DNA of 64,000 nucleotides from Phyllobates terribilis (taxonomy: Eukaryota), in contig NW_027362761.1 in NCBI RefSeq assembly GCF_046119375.1, positions 932,790,001 to 932,854,000 on the forward strand, in the 5' to 3' direction. The notes below the pieces were generated by a model, which did not search any database, was not told the origin of the DNA, and worked only from the letters and a program-made list of their open reading frames with translations. Position 1 is the stretch's first letter. Each line of letters begins with the position of its first letter. Of the stretch, positions 41,012 through 54,150 are shown piece by piece. The position numbers were made by a program, and so were the translations under genes.

Positions 41012-41205
41012 GGCCACGTTCACACACTCAGTATTTTGTCAGCATTTTACATCCGTATTTGTAAGCCAAAAGCAGGAGTGGGTGATAAGTACAGAAGTGG
41101 TGATGTGTTTCTATTATACTTTTCCTCTGATTGTTCCAGTCCTGATTTTGGCTTACAAATACTGATGAAACATAATGACCAAATACTGAACGTGTGAATG
41201 TAGCC
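41012..41205. mobile_element. Short palindromic MITE with GGC..GCC ends (PIF/Harbinger-like)
   Basis: ggccacgttcacac...gtgtgaatgtagcc; arms are complementary. Confidence 0.7.
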
Positions 41206-41321
41206 TGAGGCTGTTACCATGATAAATATTTGTTGCATTTTTGAAGTTGCAAACTTTCTGCAGCCTTTCTGCAATAATTAGTTAAATTTGGTTACTCGAA
41301 TTTTTTCATTGCTTTTTTTAA

Positions 41322-43320
41322 CCCCTTGGTGACGGAGCCAATTATGTCCTTAAGTTTAGAATTCTGACCAGTGTCACTTTATGAGATAATAACTCTGGAA
41401 CGCTTCAGTATATCCTGCTGATTCTGAGTTAGTTTTTTCATGACATATTGTACTTCATGATAGTGGTAAAATTTCTTCGATATGACTGGCATTTATTTGT
41501 GAAAAAAAATGGAAATTTGGTGGAAATTTTGAAAATGTTACAATTTTCAAACTTTGAATTCTCATGCCCTTAAATCAGAGAGTTATGTCATACAAAATAG
41601 TTAATAAATAACATTTCCCACATGTCTACATTAAATCAGGACAATTTTTTAAACAAAATTTTTTTTTGTTAGGAAGTTATAAGGGTTAAAATTTTTCAAC
41701 AAAATATACAAAATCATTTTTTTTAGAGACCACATCACATTTGAAGTGCCTTTGACGGGTCTATATGACATAAAATAACAAAAAGTGACACCATTCTAAA
41801 AATTGCACCCCTCAAGGTGTTCAAAACCACATTCAAAAAGTTTATTAACCCTTCATTTACTTCACAGGAACTGAAGCAACGTGGAAGGAAAAAAATAACA
41901 TTTAACTTTTTTTCACAAACCTTTTACTTCAGACCCCAGTTTTTTATTTTTACAAGGGTAACAAGAGAAAATGGACTACAAAATTTATTGTGCAAGTTCT
42001 CCAGAGTACGCTGATACACTATATGTGGGGGAAGGGAAGGAGAAAAATTTGACTTTTTGAACTTAAAATTGGCTGGAATTTAGAGCGGATGTCATGTCAC
42101 GTTTAGAGAGCCCCTGATGTGCCTAAAAAGTAGAAACCCCCCCACAAGTGACATTTTGGAAACTAGACCCCTCAAGGAACTTATCTAGATGTGTGGTGAG
42201 CACCTTGAAATCCCAGGTGATTTACAGAAATTTATAACGTAGAGCCGTGAAAATAAAAAAAATCTAACTTTTTCCACAAAAATGATCTTTTGGTCCCAAT
42301 TTTTTTATATTCACAAGAGAAACATGAGAAAATGGATCCCAAAAATTGTTGTGCAATTTCTCCTGCGTACGCTGATATCCGGTATGTGGGGTTGGGCACA
42401 TGGCAGGTCTCGGAAGGGAAGGAGCACCGTGTGACTTTTTGAATACAAAATTGTCTGGAATCGAGACCCGACGCCATGTCACGTTTGGAGAGCCCCTGAT
42501 ATGCCAAATCAGTGGAAACCCCCCCAGATCTTACACCATTTTGGAAAATAGACCCCAAAACATGTGGGGCAGGGACTCGAGAATGTCACTCCAGCACCCG
42601 CGATACTCAGTGCATACCCGAGCACCCGATGCAAACTCAAGTAGCGAGCAACACTAAATGATGGCGTATTCAATATGACGACCTAATGTTCAATCAATCA
42701 AACTCAAAGTTAATCGAACTCTGTGTCGTATCTCTGTGTTCAAAATGCTCAACACTAGTCATCAAATCATCATTATTTTCTTTTCTTTACTTTTGAAAAA
42801 ATCCCAATGGTAACTCCAACACTAACTCCAACCCCAACACAATTCTAACCCCAAAACCAACCCAACTCTAACACAACCCTAACCCTAACACAACCGTAAC
42901 CCTAATCCTAACCCTAACACAACCCTAACCCTAACAGCACAGAATGGAAAAAATATATATTTTTATTTTATAAGTATTATCTAACTAAGGGGGTGACAAA
43001 GGGGGATTTGATTTACTATTTTTTTGCATTGGATCATTGTGATAGGGGGATCACAGAGTGATATGGTGATCACAGTGATCAAAAGGAAACAATAGGAAAA
43101 ATTCCCTATTGTTGCTGGGTACCGGCCAGCTGATCTTAGCAGGCGCACTGCACAAGCGCTCACCATTTTTTTTCCCATTAGATGACGGAGGGCCAGATGA
43201 CAGATCAGGAGATCCTGGTGACAGCGGAGGTACTGGGGGACTCGCAGGACTTCATTTCTCTCTCCTCTGACATGTATATTATGCCAACGCAGAGAGAAAT
43301 CACTGCAACCATGGACACAG
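41322..43320. mobile_element. Large piggyBac-type non-autonomous element (right end not found), interrupted by a hAT terminal fragment at about 42565-42757
   Basis: TTAA|ccccttggtgac; homology to 19165-19460; hAT end gctcaacacta at 42757. Confidence 0.65.
42820..42935. repeat. Degenerate telomere-like (CCCTAA)n tract
   Basis: accctaaccctaacacaaccgtaaccctaatcctaaccctaac... Confidence 0.8.
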
Positions 43321-43854
43321 TTATTTTTTCCTGATCACAACATTATGCTGCAACATTATGGAATAGCCAGTTTAGGCACTCTCCTGTTTTTCCTCAACTC
43401 CCTTAATGATTCCTAACAATGAAACGCGTCGGGAGGCAGTTGGAACTCAATCTCAGCCTGAACATTTGACAGGAATTTGGACTGAGAATCTATATGACCT
43501 GATACAAAAGGGTGAGATCGTTCATATCTATGGATTGATGAGTGTCACTAATTCCATCCACTGTGACGACACCGGGGAGATCACGCAATATCTCACCGCT
43601 GCCGTCACTTTGTCAGGATTTCGTCAGGGATCCATGAGCACACAGTTCCCACTACTCACTCCTTAGGTATCAGCAAGCACACAGAAAGCGTATGGCGTCA
43701 CACCTCTGGGCTCCAACTCATGGATTATGTGCATACGCCACTGTACGGTTACTGCCAGCTTCACAATAGCCCAATTAATATTATTCTCTGCCACCACCTG
43801 CCGAGTTTGAGCTATAATACAGGCCTGGCCGGACCCCTGCTTTTTGGTAGCGTA

Positions 43855-45443
43855 CAGTGGGTACGGAAAGTATTCAGACCCCTTTAAATATTTTACTCTT
43901 TATTTCATTGCAGCCATTTGGCAAATTCTAAAAAGTTCATTTTTTTTCTCATTAATGTACACTCTGCACTCCATCTTGACTGAAAAAAAACAGAAATGTA
44001 GAAATTTTTGAAAATTTATTAAAAAAGAAAAGCTGAAATATCACATGGTCATAAGTATTCAGACCCTTTGCTCAGGCACTCATATATAAGTCACATGCTG
44101 TCCATTTCCTTGTGATGGTTCTCCATCATTGGAGTCCAGCTGTGTTTAACTAAACTGATAGGACTTGATTTGGAAAGGCACACACCTGTCTATATAAGAC
44201 CTCACAGCTCAAAGTGCATGTCAGTCCAAATGAGAATCATGTGCTTAAAAGAACTGTCGAAGGAGCTCAGAGACAGAATTGTAGCAAGGCACAGATCTGG
44301 CCAAGGTTACAAAAGAATTTCTGCATTACTCAAGGTTCCTAAGAGCACATTGGCCTCCATAATCCTTAAATGGAAGAAGTTTGGGACCACCAGAAGTCTT
44401 CCTAGATGTGGCCGTCCAGCCAAACTGAGCAATCGTGGGAGAAGAGCCTTGGTGAGAGAGTTAAAGAAGAACTCAAAGATCACTGTGGATGAGCTCCAGA
44501 GATGCAGTAGGGAGATGGGAGAAAGTTCCACAAAGTCATCGATAAATGCAGCCCTCCACCAGTCGGGCTTTTATGGCAGAGTGGCCCGACAGAAGCCTCT
44601 CCTCAGTGCAAGACATATGAAAGCCAACATAGAGTTTGCTCAAGAACACATGAAGAACTCTCAGACTTTGAGAAATAAGATTCTCTGGTCTGATGAGATG
44701 AAGATAGAACTTTTTGGTGATAATTCTAAGCGGTGTGAGTGGAGAAAATCAGGCACTGATCATCACCTGCCCAATTCAATCCCAACAGTGAAACTTGGTG
44801 ATGGCAGCATCATGCTATGGGGGTGTTTTTCAGCTGCAGAGACAGGATGACTGGTTGCAATTGAAGGAAACATGAATGCGGCCAAGTACAGAGGTATACT
44901 TGATGAAAACCTCTTCCAGAGTGGTCTGGACCTCAGACTTGGCAGAAGGTTCACCTACCGACAAGACAATGACCCTAAGCACACAGCTAAAATAACAAAG
45001 GAGTGGCTTCAGAAAAACTCTGTGACCATTCTTGACTGGCCCAGCCAGAGCCCTGACCCTAATCTAATTGAGCATCTCTGGAGAGACCTGAAAATGGCTG
45101 TCCACCAGCGTCCACCATCCAACCTGACAGAAATGGAGAGGATCTGCAAGGAAGAATGGCAGAGGATCCCCAAATCCAGGTGTGAAAAACTTGTTGCATC
45201 ATTACTAAGAAGACTCATGGCTGAGCAAAGGGTCTGAATACTTATGACCATGTGATATTTCAGCTTTTCTTTTTTAATTGATTTGCAAAAATTTCTACAT
45301 TTCTGCTTTTTTTTCAGTCAAGATGGGGTGCAGAGAGTACATTAATGAGAAAAAAAAATGAACTTTTTAGAATTTACCAAATGGCTGCAATGAAACAAAG
45401 AGTGAAAAATTTAAAGGGGTCTGAATACTTTCCATACCCACTG
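43855..45443 (+). mobile_element. Full-length Tc1 (DD34E) with about 220-bp TIRs and TA TSD; one premature stop and a C-terminal deletion
   Basis: TA|cagtgggtacggaaagtattcagacccc...ctgaatactttccatacccactg|TA; WSDEMKIELFG, RQDNDPKH...SPDPNLIE; TGA at 44848-44850. Confidence 0.93.
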
Positions 45444-48400
45444 TATATGGCTTCGGGGGAGGGAACGAATACAGAGCAAAAGAAACAAGATTATTAAATT
45501 TTATATTTAATCCAAAAGGGAGGCAGTGTTTAAGAAAAATATACAAGATTTTACAGAGGGGACATTACAATACATAAGCAATTACACAAAATAACAAGGA
45601 TTAAAGAAGAGACTTACTAAATGATCAATAGGTGGAGGAGAGACACTCCGCTTGATTTGAGCGTTATCGAACGCGATCCTTCGTTATGATAAACGTATAC
45701 TCCCGGGCAAGAATATTGATCAAACTTCCTTTGGCTCTCTTATGCCGAAGGGGAAGATCGGCCCACACACCCATGTGATGACATCATGTGGGCTTGGGCT
45801 CCACCCTTCATGTTTGTATTAAAGATTTGTTTTTTGGGATAACTTATCACTGGTTTATCCCAGAAGTCCGAAAGCGGTACTATATTTTCTATTATGATTA
45901 TAACTTTCTTAAGCGACCACACATGGCATAGTTCTCATCTGCTATTCTGGTACTTTTGCGCTACAGCTCCACGGAGGGGTTTGCAGTGACAGAAAAATAT
46001 CCCTATCATTCCCTAGCTGACCCTGTCACTAAAAATCTAGGTCTCGTTATTATCGGACGTATAGAACTTTTAGAAGCTTTTAGATATTTTGTATCGGCTC
46101 CAAAAATCCTGCAGTCTGCAGCTGGAGGAATTGTCTTAATTATTTGTGAGAGCCTTTGAACTTAATGAGCTACAGCTTCCTCTCTGTGTCAGAGAAAAAG
46201 ACATTTGCATGCTAAAAAGTCTCTGTAGCACCTCTCTTATGCCAGCATTTGTCTACCTAGACACCTTTCCTGTGTGCTGAGACTTTCATACAGGCAGCTG
46301 CATGCAGTGTTAATTTGCAAAGGAGACACTGGCGATTGTCATCTCTGGACAAATACTATAGGGGAAGGGTGAGAGGGAAAGAGGGGTTTTGTCCTGAGAT
46401 TTACATGGAGACAGCTCTTTTACTGACAAATGGTGGATAAGGGAGTGACGAGCGGAGCTTGGGGGAAATGGCTAATATTCTCTTAATATCGATGACAGGG
46501 GAGAAGAAAATAATTTCAATTTTTCTATGACAATGAGCCATTACTCTCGCTGATATTGATTTGTTTTACACTTCCATATTTCTGAGCATTTGTTTAGGTG
46601 ACCCTCATATTTAGTAGGTCACAGATGCTGGAATTGTGTAGTATCATTGCTGTTATTTATGAAGATTTTGTTCTTTACATCATCCATTTGTTTCTCTGGT
46701 TAATGGTTTTACTTGGGCTATGTGCAATTCAATGTATCTACAGGCAACTACCTGTTAGTATAGAGAATTGTTCATTCTTTTTGCAACAGGTTTTATGGAA
46801 ATCAATGTTGAATGATATGTCCATTTAGGTGGAACCAAGATATTGCATTTTCAAGAATTTAGTCTGAAGGAATTTGAATTCCCATTAGTGGATAACAGTG
46901 ATACATCTATGGCACTTGCCTAATAAATCTCTGTTAAAATACTCACCTGTGGGGAGTGAAACTATTAGTAGTTTTAAGCACACTAAGCACTGTTTTGAGC
47001 ACTTGGCATTTTAATACTCTTTTAATTAATTGAATAAAGGATAATTTTATTAAATCTAATTTTTTGTTCTGATACCCCTTTTTGATAATATTGGATTGCT
47101 ATTTAAACTGCCTCAGCTTCTATATACTCATCTTGGGAACTTAACCGTTAGGAAGTAAAGTACCTAAGACATTTTTGTCACCAATATATATATATTGCTG
47201 CGCAGGATTAGTGAGGTATTGTATTGCTCTGGATAAGAAGTCCCATTTTTAAGTTTTGAAAAATGAGTCTGGAAATTCAAAAAAACTCTATCTGCTTTCA
47301 TGTTTGCAGAGGGGTCAAAGAAATAAAAGATTTTTCTATGTAATGTAAATGGAAGGATTTAAAAAATATTTACATTTTAACGTGTTTACATATGTTATAT
47401 TCAGCATAATATCAAAATTATTCAGAGACTGATTACAACCATGATATCAACCAAGTATTATTTTATCCTTTTTCTAAATAGGATCCCTATCAATGAAGTA
47501 AAATCATGTAAAAACATGTTTATGCTTTTTCTCTTATTTAAAATGAATCAAAACTGTTACATAAACTCTGTAAGTGTTTGATTGTTCTTTCAATGAGCTC
47601 ATTGCATATATTGTTCTATTTGCCTATAATTTTTTTTTTCCTTTAAAAACAGGTTAAAACATGTATTGTATTGACGCATAGACCACGCCAATACAAAAAT
47701 AATTCCTAAGTGAACTGATGCATCAGTAATTCATTAGAAATAGTCAATAAATAGATAAAAGCAAACTATAAGATGCATGCTATTAAGCTGTCAGGGTGAG
47801 TCCATTTGACAATGTAAAGAAAATCGTAGCTATAACAATTTTGGAAGACCATGAAAACCATGGTAAAGGAAGACTGTAGGTTAGTAACAGGCATTCTACC
47901 TCTATGATGTCTATTTGTACTGGTAAGCTAACTCTTCATAGTGAAAATATGCAGTAACATTGTGATAAGTGTAACGGGTCTGGGAGGCGGAACCTCTGAG
48001 CTACTATACAAGGGGGCGGTCCTTGTAAGGGAGCGGGTGGCGACCAGGGAAGACGGGCAGGAAGTCACAGCAGGTGACCGGGACAGTCTCTGAATGAACG
48101 GGCAGATGGTCACGGCAAGTGACCGGGGCAGTCTCTGGATGAATGGGCAGATGGTCACGGCAAGTGACCGGGGCAGTCTCTAGGTAAAGGGTTGGTACGA
48201 CCTGTGGCGGCTGATGATAGACGTGGGCTCCCAGGTGAGCAGGCGAGAGTCTCTGGATGAACGGGTGGTCACAGCATGTGAGGGCGGAGCCTCCAGGAAG
48301 ACCAACAGACAGGCGGCAGATGAGCGCTCCCAGGTGAGCGGGCAGAAGTCTCTGGACAGGCGGGTGGTCACAGCACGTGACGGCAGAGCCTCCTGGTAGG

Positions 48401-48825
48401 CTAGCAGACAGGCAGCAGATGAGCGCTCCCAGGTGAGCGGGCAGGAGTCACTGGACAGGCAGGTGGTCACAGCACGTGACGGCGGAGCCTCCAGGTAGGC
48501 TAGCAGACAGGTAGCAGATGTGTGCTCCCAGGTGAGCAGGCAAGCTGGTCCATAGACAGACTGACAGGAGTTGGAAGGCAGACCGTCGGACCTCAGGCAA
48601 GCAGGCAGGTGGCTGATGTGCGCTCCCAGGTGAGCGAGCAGGCTGGTCCTTAGACAGACTGACAGGAGTAGTAAGGCAGACCGTCGGACCTCAGACTAGC
48701 AGGCAGGTAGCAGATAATCAGGCAGGAATCTGGCAGGATAACTGGCAACGGGACCTGAGGGCTGAAGCAGAGTAGAGAACAGTGCAACAACATTGCTCGG
48801 GCACCTCCATTTTGGAGGAGGTGCC

Positions 48826-51800
48826 TTATATATGGTGAAGTCCTCCGGCCATTGGCCGGGGACTCCTTAGGGCGGCGCGCGTGGCCCCTTTAAGAGGGAG
48901 GGAGAGCGCGCGCGCCCTAAGCACAGTGGCCGGGAAGGAGCGCGCGCTGCCAGCAGAGCGGGAGGAGGACGCCGGGCACGGAGCAAGGAGGTGAGGGGAA
49001 CAGCGTCCCTGCCTAGCAGAGGGCAGGGACGCCGGCGCTACAGTACCCCCCCCTTTAGGCCCCCCCTTTTCTAGGCCAGACAGAAATTTAGCAAGGATAA
49101 GAGGGGCATGGATGTTCTCCCGGGGCTCCCACGTTCTCTCCTCAGGACCAAACCCCTTCCAATCTACTAGAAAAAAGGTCTTTCCTCTTACCCTTTTAGT
49201 GGCAAGAATGTTCTCTACCTCAAACTCGTCCTCAGCAGAAACCGGAGCAGGAGGCGTACCTGTAGACTTGGAAAAAGCGTTAAGTACCACAGGTTTGAGG
49301 AGAGATACATGGAAGGAGTTAGGGATCCGTAAGTTGGCCGGGAGTTTCAATTTATAGGCCACCGGGTTGATCTGACTGATGACCTCCAGGGGGCCGATGA
49401 ACCGAGGCCCTAACTTGTAAGAAGGTATCTTGAGTCGGACATATTTAGATGAGAGCCAGACTTTATCTCCGGGACGAAATTGTGGAGGATCCAGGCGTTT
49501 TTTGTCTGCGTGTCTTTTCATCCGTTCGGACGACTGAAGGAGTGCGGATCAGGTACTCTCCCAAATGGAGGAAAATTTGCTAACGAGAGATTCCGCAGCC
49601 GGGTTGTCCACAGAGGTGGAGACAGGAAAAGGAATCCGAGGATGCTGACCGAAGACTACAAAAAACGGGGATTTGGAGGAGGATTCGCTCTCGTGATTGT
49701 TATAAGAGAACTCGGCCCATGGTAGGAGATCCACCCAGTCAGAATGATGGGCATTAACGAAGTGCCGGAGGTAACTGGTCAGGTTCTGATTGATCCGCTC
49801 CACTTGACCATTGGACTGTGGGTGGTAAGCGGAAGAGAAGTCCAGGGTGACATCTAGCAGTTTACAAGTGGCTCTCCAGAAGCGTGAGGTGAACTGTACC
49901 CCACGATCCGACACGATGTGGAGGGGCAGGCCATGAAGACGAAAGATGTGATGAATAAAGTCTTTAGCTAGCTCGGGTGCAGACGGGAGGCCTGGCAGGG
50001 GAACGAAATGAGCCATCTTGGAGAAGCGGTCAGCGACCACCCAAATGACCGTACAACCGGCAGAGACTGGGAGGTCTGTTATAAAGTCCATTGCTATATG
50101 CTGCCAGGGGGCAGCAGGTACTGGGAGTGGAAGGAGGCGACCGGCTGGCAGATGTCTCGGAACCTTGTTGCGGGCGCAGGACACACAGGCAGAAACAAAG
50201 TCTATTATGTCCTTGTGCAGGGTAGGCCACCAGTAGTGCCGGGTAATAAGCTGGAGGGTCTTTTTCTGACCGGCATGGCCAGCTAGTTTAGACGAGTGAC
50301 CCCAGTGAAGGATCTTCTCCCGATCAGGTACTGATACGAACGTCTTTCCGGGAGGGAGACGATTTAGACTCACGGGAGCCACCTGCATTACTCTGGCGGG
50401 ATCGATGATGTGTTTCGGATCTTCCTCGAGATCAGACACCAGAAAGGATCGAGACAAGGCGTCCGCCTTGACGTTTTTGTCAGCCGGGCGAAAATGAAGA
50501 ACAAAATCAAAGCGAGCAAAAAACAAGGACCACCGGGCTTGGCGCGGGTTAAGTCTCTGGGCATGCTGGAGGTAAGCCAAGTTCTTGTGGTCAGTGTAAA
50601 TTGTTACCGGGTGAAGAGCCCCCTCGAGCAGTTAACGCCACTCCTCCAATGCCAGTTTGATGGCCAATAACTCTCGGTCTACTATGGAATAATTGCGCTC
50701 TGAGGAGGAGAAGAGTTTAGAGAAGAAGCCGCAAGTTACCATCCTCCCGGAAGATGATTTTTGAGTAAGTACCGCTCCGGCTCCAGAGGAGGAGGCGTCA
50801 ACTTCCAGGAAGAACTGCTTGTTGCCGTCCGGGCGATGCAGCACCGGGGCGGAAGAGAAGGCCTGTTTTAAGGAAAGGAAGGCCTCCTCTGCTTCGGGTG
50901 GCCACTCTTTGGGATTAGTACCCTTACGGGTGAGCGCGGAAATTGGAGCAGTCCGGGAAGAGAAGTGTGGTATGAAGAGGCGGTAGTAGTTGGCGAAGCC
51001 CAGGAACCGCTGAATGGCCTTCAACCCCTCCGGTCGAGGCCATTTCTCGATGGCAGACAGTTTCTCTGGATCCATTCGTAGGCCGGTCTGAGAAATAATG
51101 TAGCCCAAAAACGGAAGCGAGGTCTGCTCAAAGAGGCACTTCTCGTATTTAGCGAAGAGGTGATTCTGCCTGAGCCTGAGCAGGACCTGACGAATGTCCC
51201 TCCGGTGAGTCTGGAGATCCGGAGAGAAGACCAAGATGTCGTCCAAGTACACCACTACGCAGGAGTAGAGAAGGTCCCGGAAGATGTCATTGACCAACTC
51301 TTTAAAGACGGCAGGAGTGTTACAGAGGCCAAAGGGCATTACCAGATATTCATAGTGGCCGTCCCGGGTGTTGAATGCCGTCTTCCATTCATCCCCCTGA
51401 CGGATACGAACCAGGTTGTACGCCCCACGGAGGTCCAGTTTGGTGAAGATTCTAGCCCCTCTCAGACGATCAAATAACTCCGGAATGAGCGGAAGGGGGT
51501 ACTTATTCTTCACCGTGATCTGGTTAAGGCCTCTATAGTCTATACAGGGACGGAGAGAGCCATCCTTCTCTTTTACGAAGAAGAAGCCTGCTCCCGCCGG
51601 GGAGGTAGATTTCCGGATGAATCCCCTGGCCAGATTCTCCTCAATATATTCGGACATCGACCGGGTCTCAGCAGCGGATAATGGATAAATACGCCCACGG
51701 GGAGGAGTAGTACCGGGTAACAAGTCAATAGGGCAGTCGTATGGTCTATGAGGGGGTAGTGTCTCTGCTTCCTTTTTATTAAAGACATCAGCATAAGACC

Positions 51801-52311
51801 AATAAGGAATCGGAAGTCCAGGTAGATTAGCTGGGGTAGGAGAAGGACGGACGGGATGGACGGGAACCAGACAGGTCTTATGGCAGTCCTGTCCCCAGCG
51901 AAGGACTTCTCCGGTCTGCCAGTCAAGCACGGGTGCATGTCTTTGGAGCCAAGGTAGACCTAGCAGGAGGGCGTGAGAGAGTCCAGGCAGAACATGAAAG
52001 GAGATACTCTCAGAATGCAGCATTCCCACCTGCAGAGTAATGGATTCGGTGATGAGTTGGATGGGGCGTGGTAAGAGACCCCCATCCACGGCAGCAACAG
52101 ACAAGGGTACAGCCAGAGGTTTGGTGGGGATGTGGTATTTCTCTACCAGGGACTGTGAAATAAGATTCCCGGCTGCTCCAGAGTCCAGTTGGGCTAGTTC
52201 GAAATAACGGTTCTCCCCGCAGACGATTGAAACTGACAGCAGCAGAGATGGAGAGGATTTATTCTTGTCTAGGTCGACCTCTCTGAGCGAACCTAGACAC
52301 AGGCGTTTCCC
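48826..52311 (-). pseudogene. pol: pol of unit 1 (PR-RT-RNaseH-INT-chromodomain) with two in-frame stops
   Basis: LDSGAAG, YLDDILVFS, HGLP...DRGVQF, EFEVENILATKRVRGKTFFLVDWKGFG; TAA at 50632-50634 and TGA at 49549-49551. Confidence 0.93.
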
Positions 52312-53224
52312 GACCTCTCTGGGCAGGCACGGATCCGGTGCTCCTTACTGCCACAGTAGAAGCAGCTCCCCTCGGCACGGCGTAAGTCCTGACGGGTTTT
52401 GACCATCTTGGTCTGGTCGACCTGCATAGGCTCAGGAGAGTGTACCTGGGGAGAGACGGAGGGAGTGACGGGTTTCGTGGAAACCTCCTCTCACGGGCGA
52501 CCTCTTTGGCACGCTCCTGGAACCGTAGGTCAATCCGGGTGGCAAGAGTTATTAGGTCATCGAGAGTGGTAGGAACGTCCCGACCGGCAAGTTCATCTTT
52601 AATACGGCCGGACAGACCCTCCCAGAAGACGGATACCAGAGCGTCGTTATCCCAGGCCAGCTCCGAGGCAAGGGTACGGAACCGTATGGCATATTGGCCC
52701 ACGGTGAGACTTCCCTGACGGAGGCGTAGCAGAGATGATGCGGACGAGGTCTTCCGTCCGGGTTCGTCGAAGACTTTCCGGAAAGCCGTGAGGAAGGCAG
52801 GCAAGTCGGACACCAGGGGGTCTCCTCTCTCCCATAGAGGATTTAGCCAGGCCAGGGCCTCCCCGGTGAGATGGGACATGATGAAGGCAATTTTGGCCCG
52901 GTCGGAGTTAAACTGGTGGGACAATAGTTCAAAGTGCAGGGTGCACTGATTAATGAAGCCCCGAGCCTGGGCGGAGTCGCCTCCGAAGCGAGGAGGTGCA
53001 GAAAGCCGGGGTCCGGGGTAGGATGCCATGGTATTGGTGGGCAGCGGAGCTGCCGGGTTGCGAGTCATGGCACTGGCGGAGGTTGCTGGTGGAGCAGTCA
53101 GAGTGTCCAGGCGAGTATTGACATTCCGCAGGTGACCCAGGATGGACCCCTGTTGGGACCTTTGACGGGACAGTTCATGACACAGGTCCGAGAGCGAGAG
53201 AGCTTGGGTGCCACAGGGTTCCAT
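52259..53224 (-). pseudogene. gag: gag of unit 1 (sushi/PEG10-like capsid), frameshifted by a 19-bp deletion
   Basis: PPRFGGDSAQARGFINQC...AKIAFIMSHLTGEALAW; lacks tgaaaagtaggagctagac present in unit 2. Confidence 0.9.
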
Positions 53225-54150
53225 GGCCCGAGCAAACTGTAACGGGTCTGGGAGGCGGAACCTCTGAGCTACTATACAAGCGGGCGGTCCTTGTAAGGGA
53301 GCGGGTGGCGACCAGGGAAGACGGGCAGGAAGTCACAGCAGGTGACCGGGACAGTCTCTGAATGAACGGGCAGATGGTCACGGCAAGTGACCGGGGCAGT
53401 CTCTGGATGAACGGGCAGATGGTCACGGCAAGTGGCCGGGGCAGTCTCTGGATGAACGGGCAGATGGTCACGGCAAGTGGCCGGGGCAGTCTCTGGATGA
53501 ACGGGCAGATGGTCACGGCAAGTGACCAGGGCAATCTCTAGGTAAAGGGTTGGTACGACCTGTGGCGGCTGATGATAGACGTGGGCTCCCAGGTGAGCAG
53601 GCGAGAGTCTCTGGATGAACGGGTGGTCACAGCATGTGACGGCGGAGCCTCCAGGAAGACCAACAGACAGGCGGCAGATGAGCGCTCCCAGGTGAGCGGG
53701 CAGAAGTCTCTGGACAGGCGGGTGGTCACAGCACGTGACGGCAGAGCCTCCAGGTAGGCTAGCAGACAGGCAGCAGATGAGCTCTCCCAGGTGAGCGGGC
53801 AGGAGTCACTGGACAGGCAGGTGGTCACAGCACGTGACAGCGGAGCCTCCAGGTAGGCTAGCAGACATTTAGCAGATGTGTGCTCCCAGGTGAGCAGGCA
53901 AGCTGGTCCATAGACAGACTGACAGGAGTTGGAAGGCAGACCGTCGGACCTCAGGCAAGCAGGCAGGTGGCTGATGTGCGCTCCCAGGTGAGCGAGCAGG
54001 CTGGTCCTTAGACAGACTGACAGGAGTAGTAAGGCAGACCGTCGGACCTCAGACTAGCAGGCAGGTAGCAGATAATCAGGCAGGAATCTGGCAGGATAAC
54101 TGGCAACGGGACCTGAGGGCTGAAGCAGAGTAGAGAACAGTGCAACAACA

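Noticed and set aside
46790-47010. Splice-like motifs (tttttgcaacag on plus; CAG|GTGAGTA on minus) with short open frames
   Set aside because: No coherent exon or known product; such motifs are common by chance and in MITEs
50632-50634. Shared TAA as a programmed readthrough site
   Set aside because: Lies inside RNase H, context is not a known readthrough motif, and a second shared stop (CGA to TGA type) indicates decay
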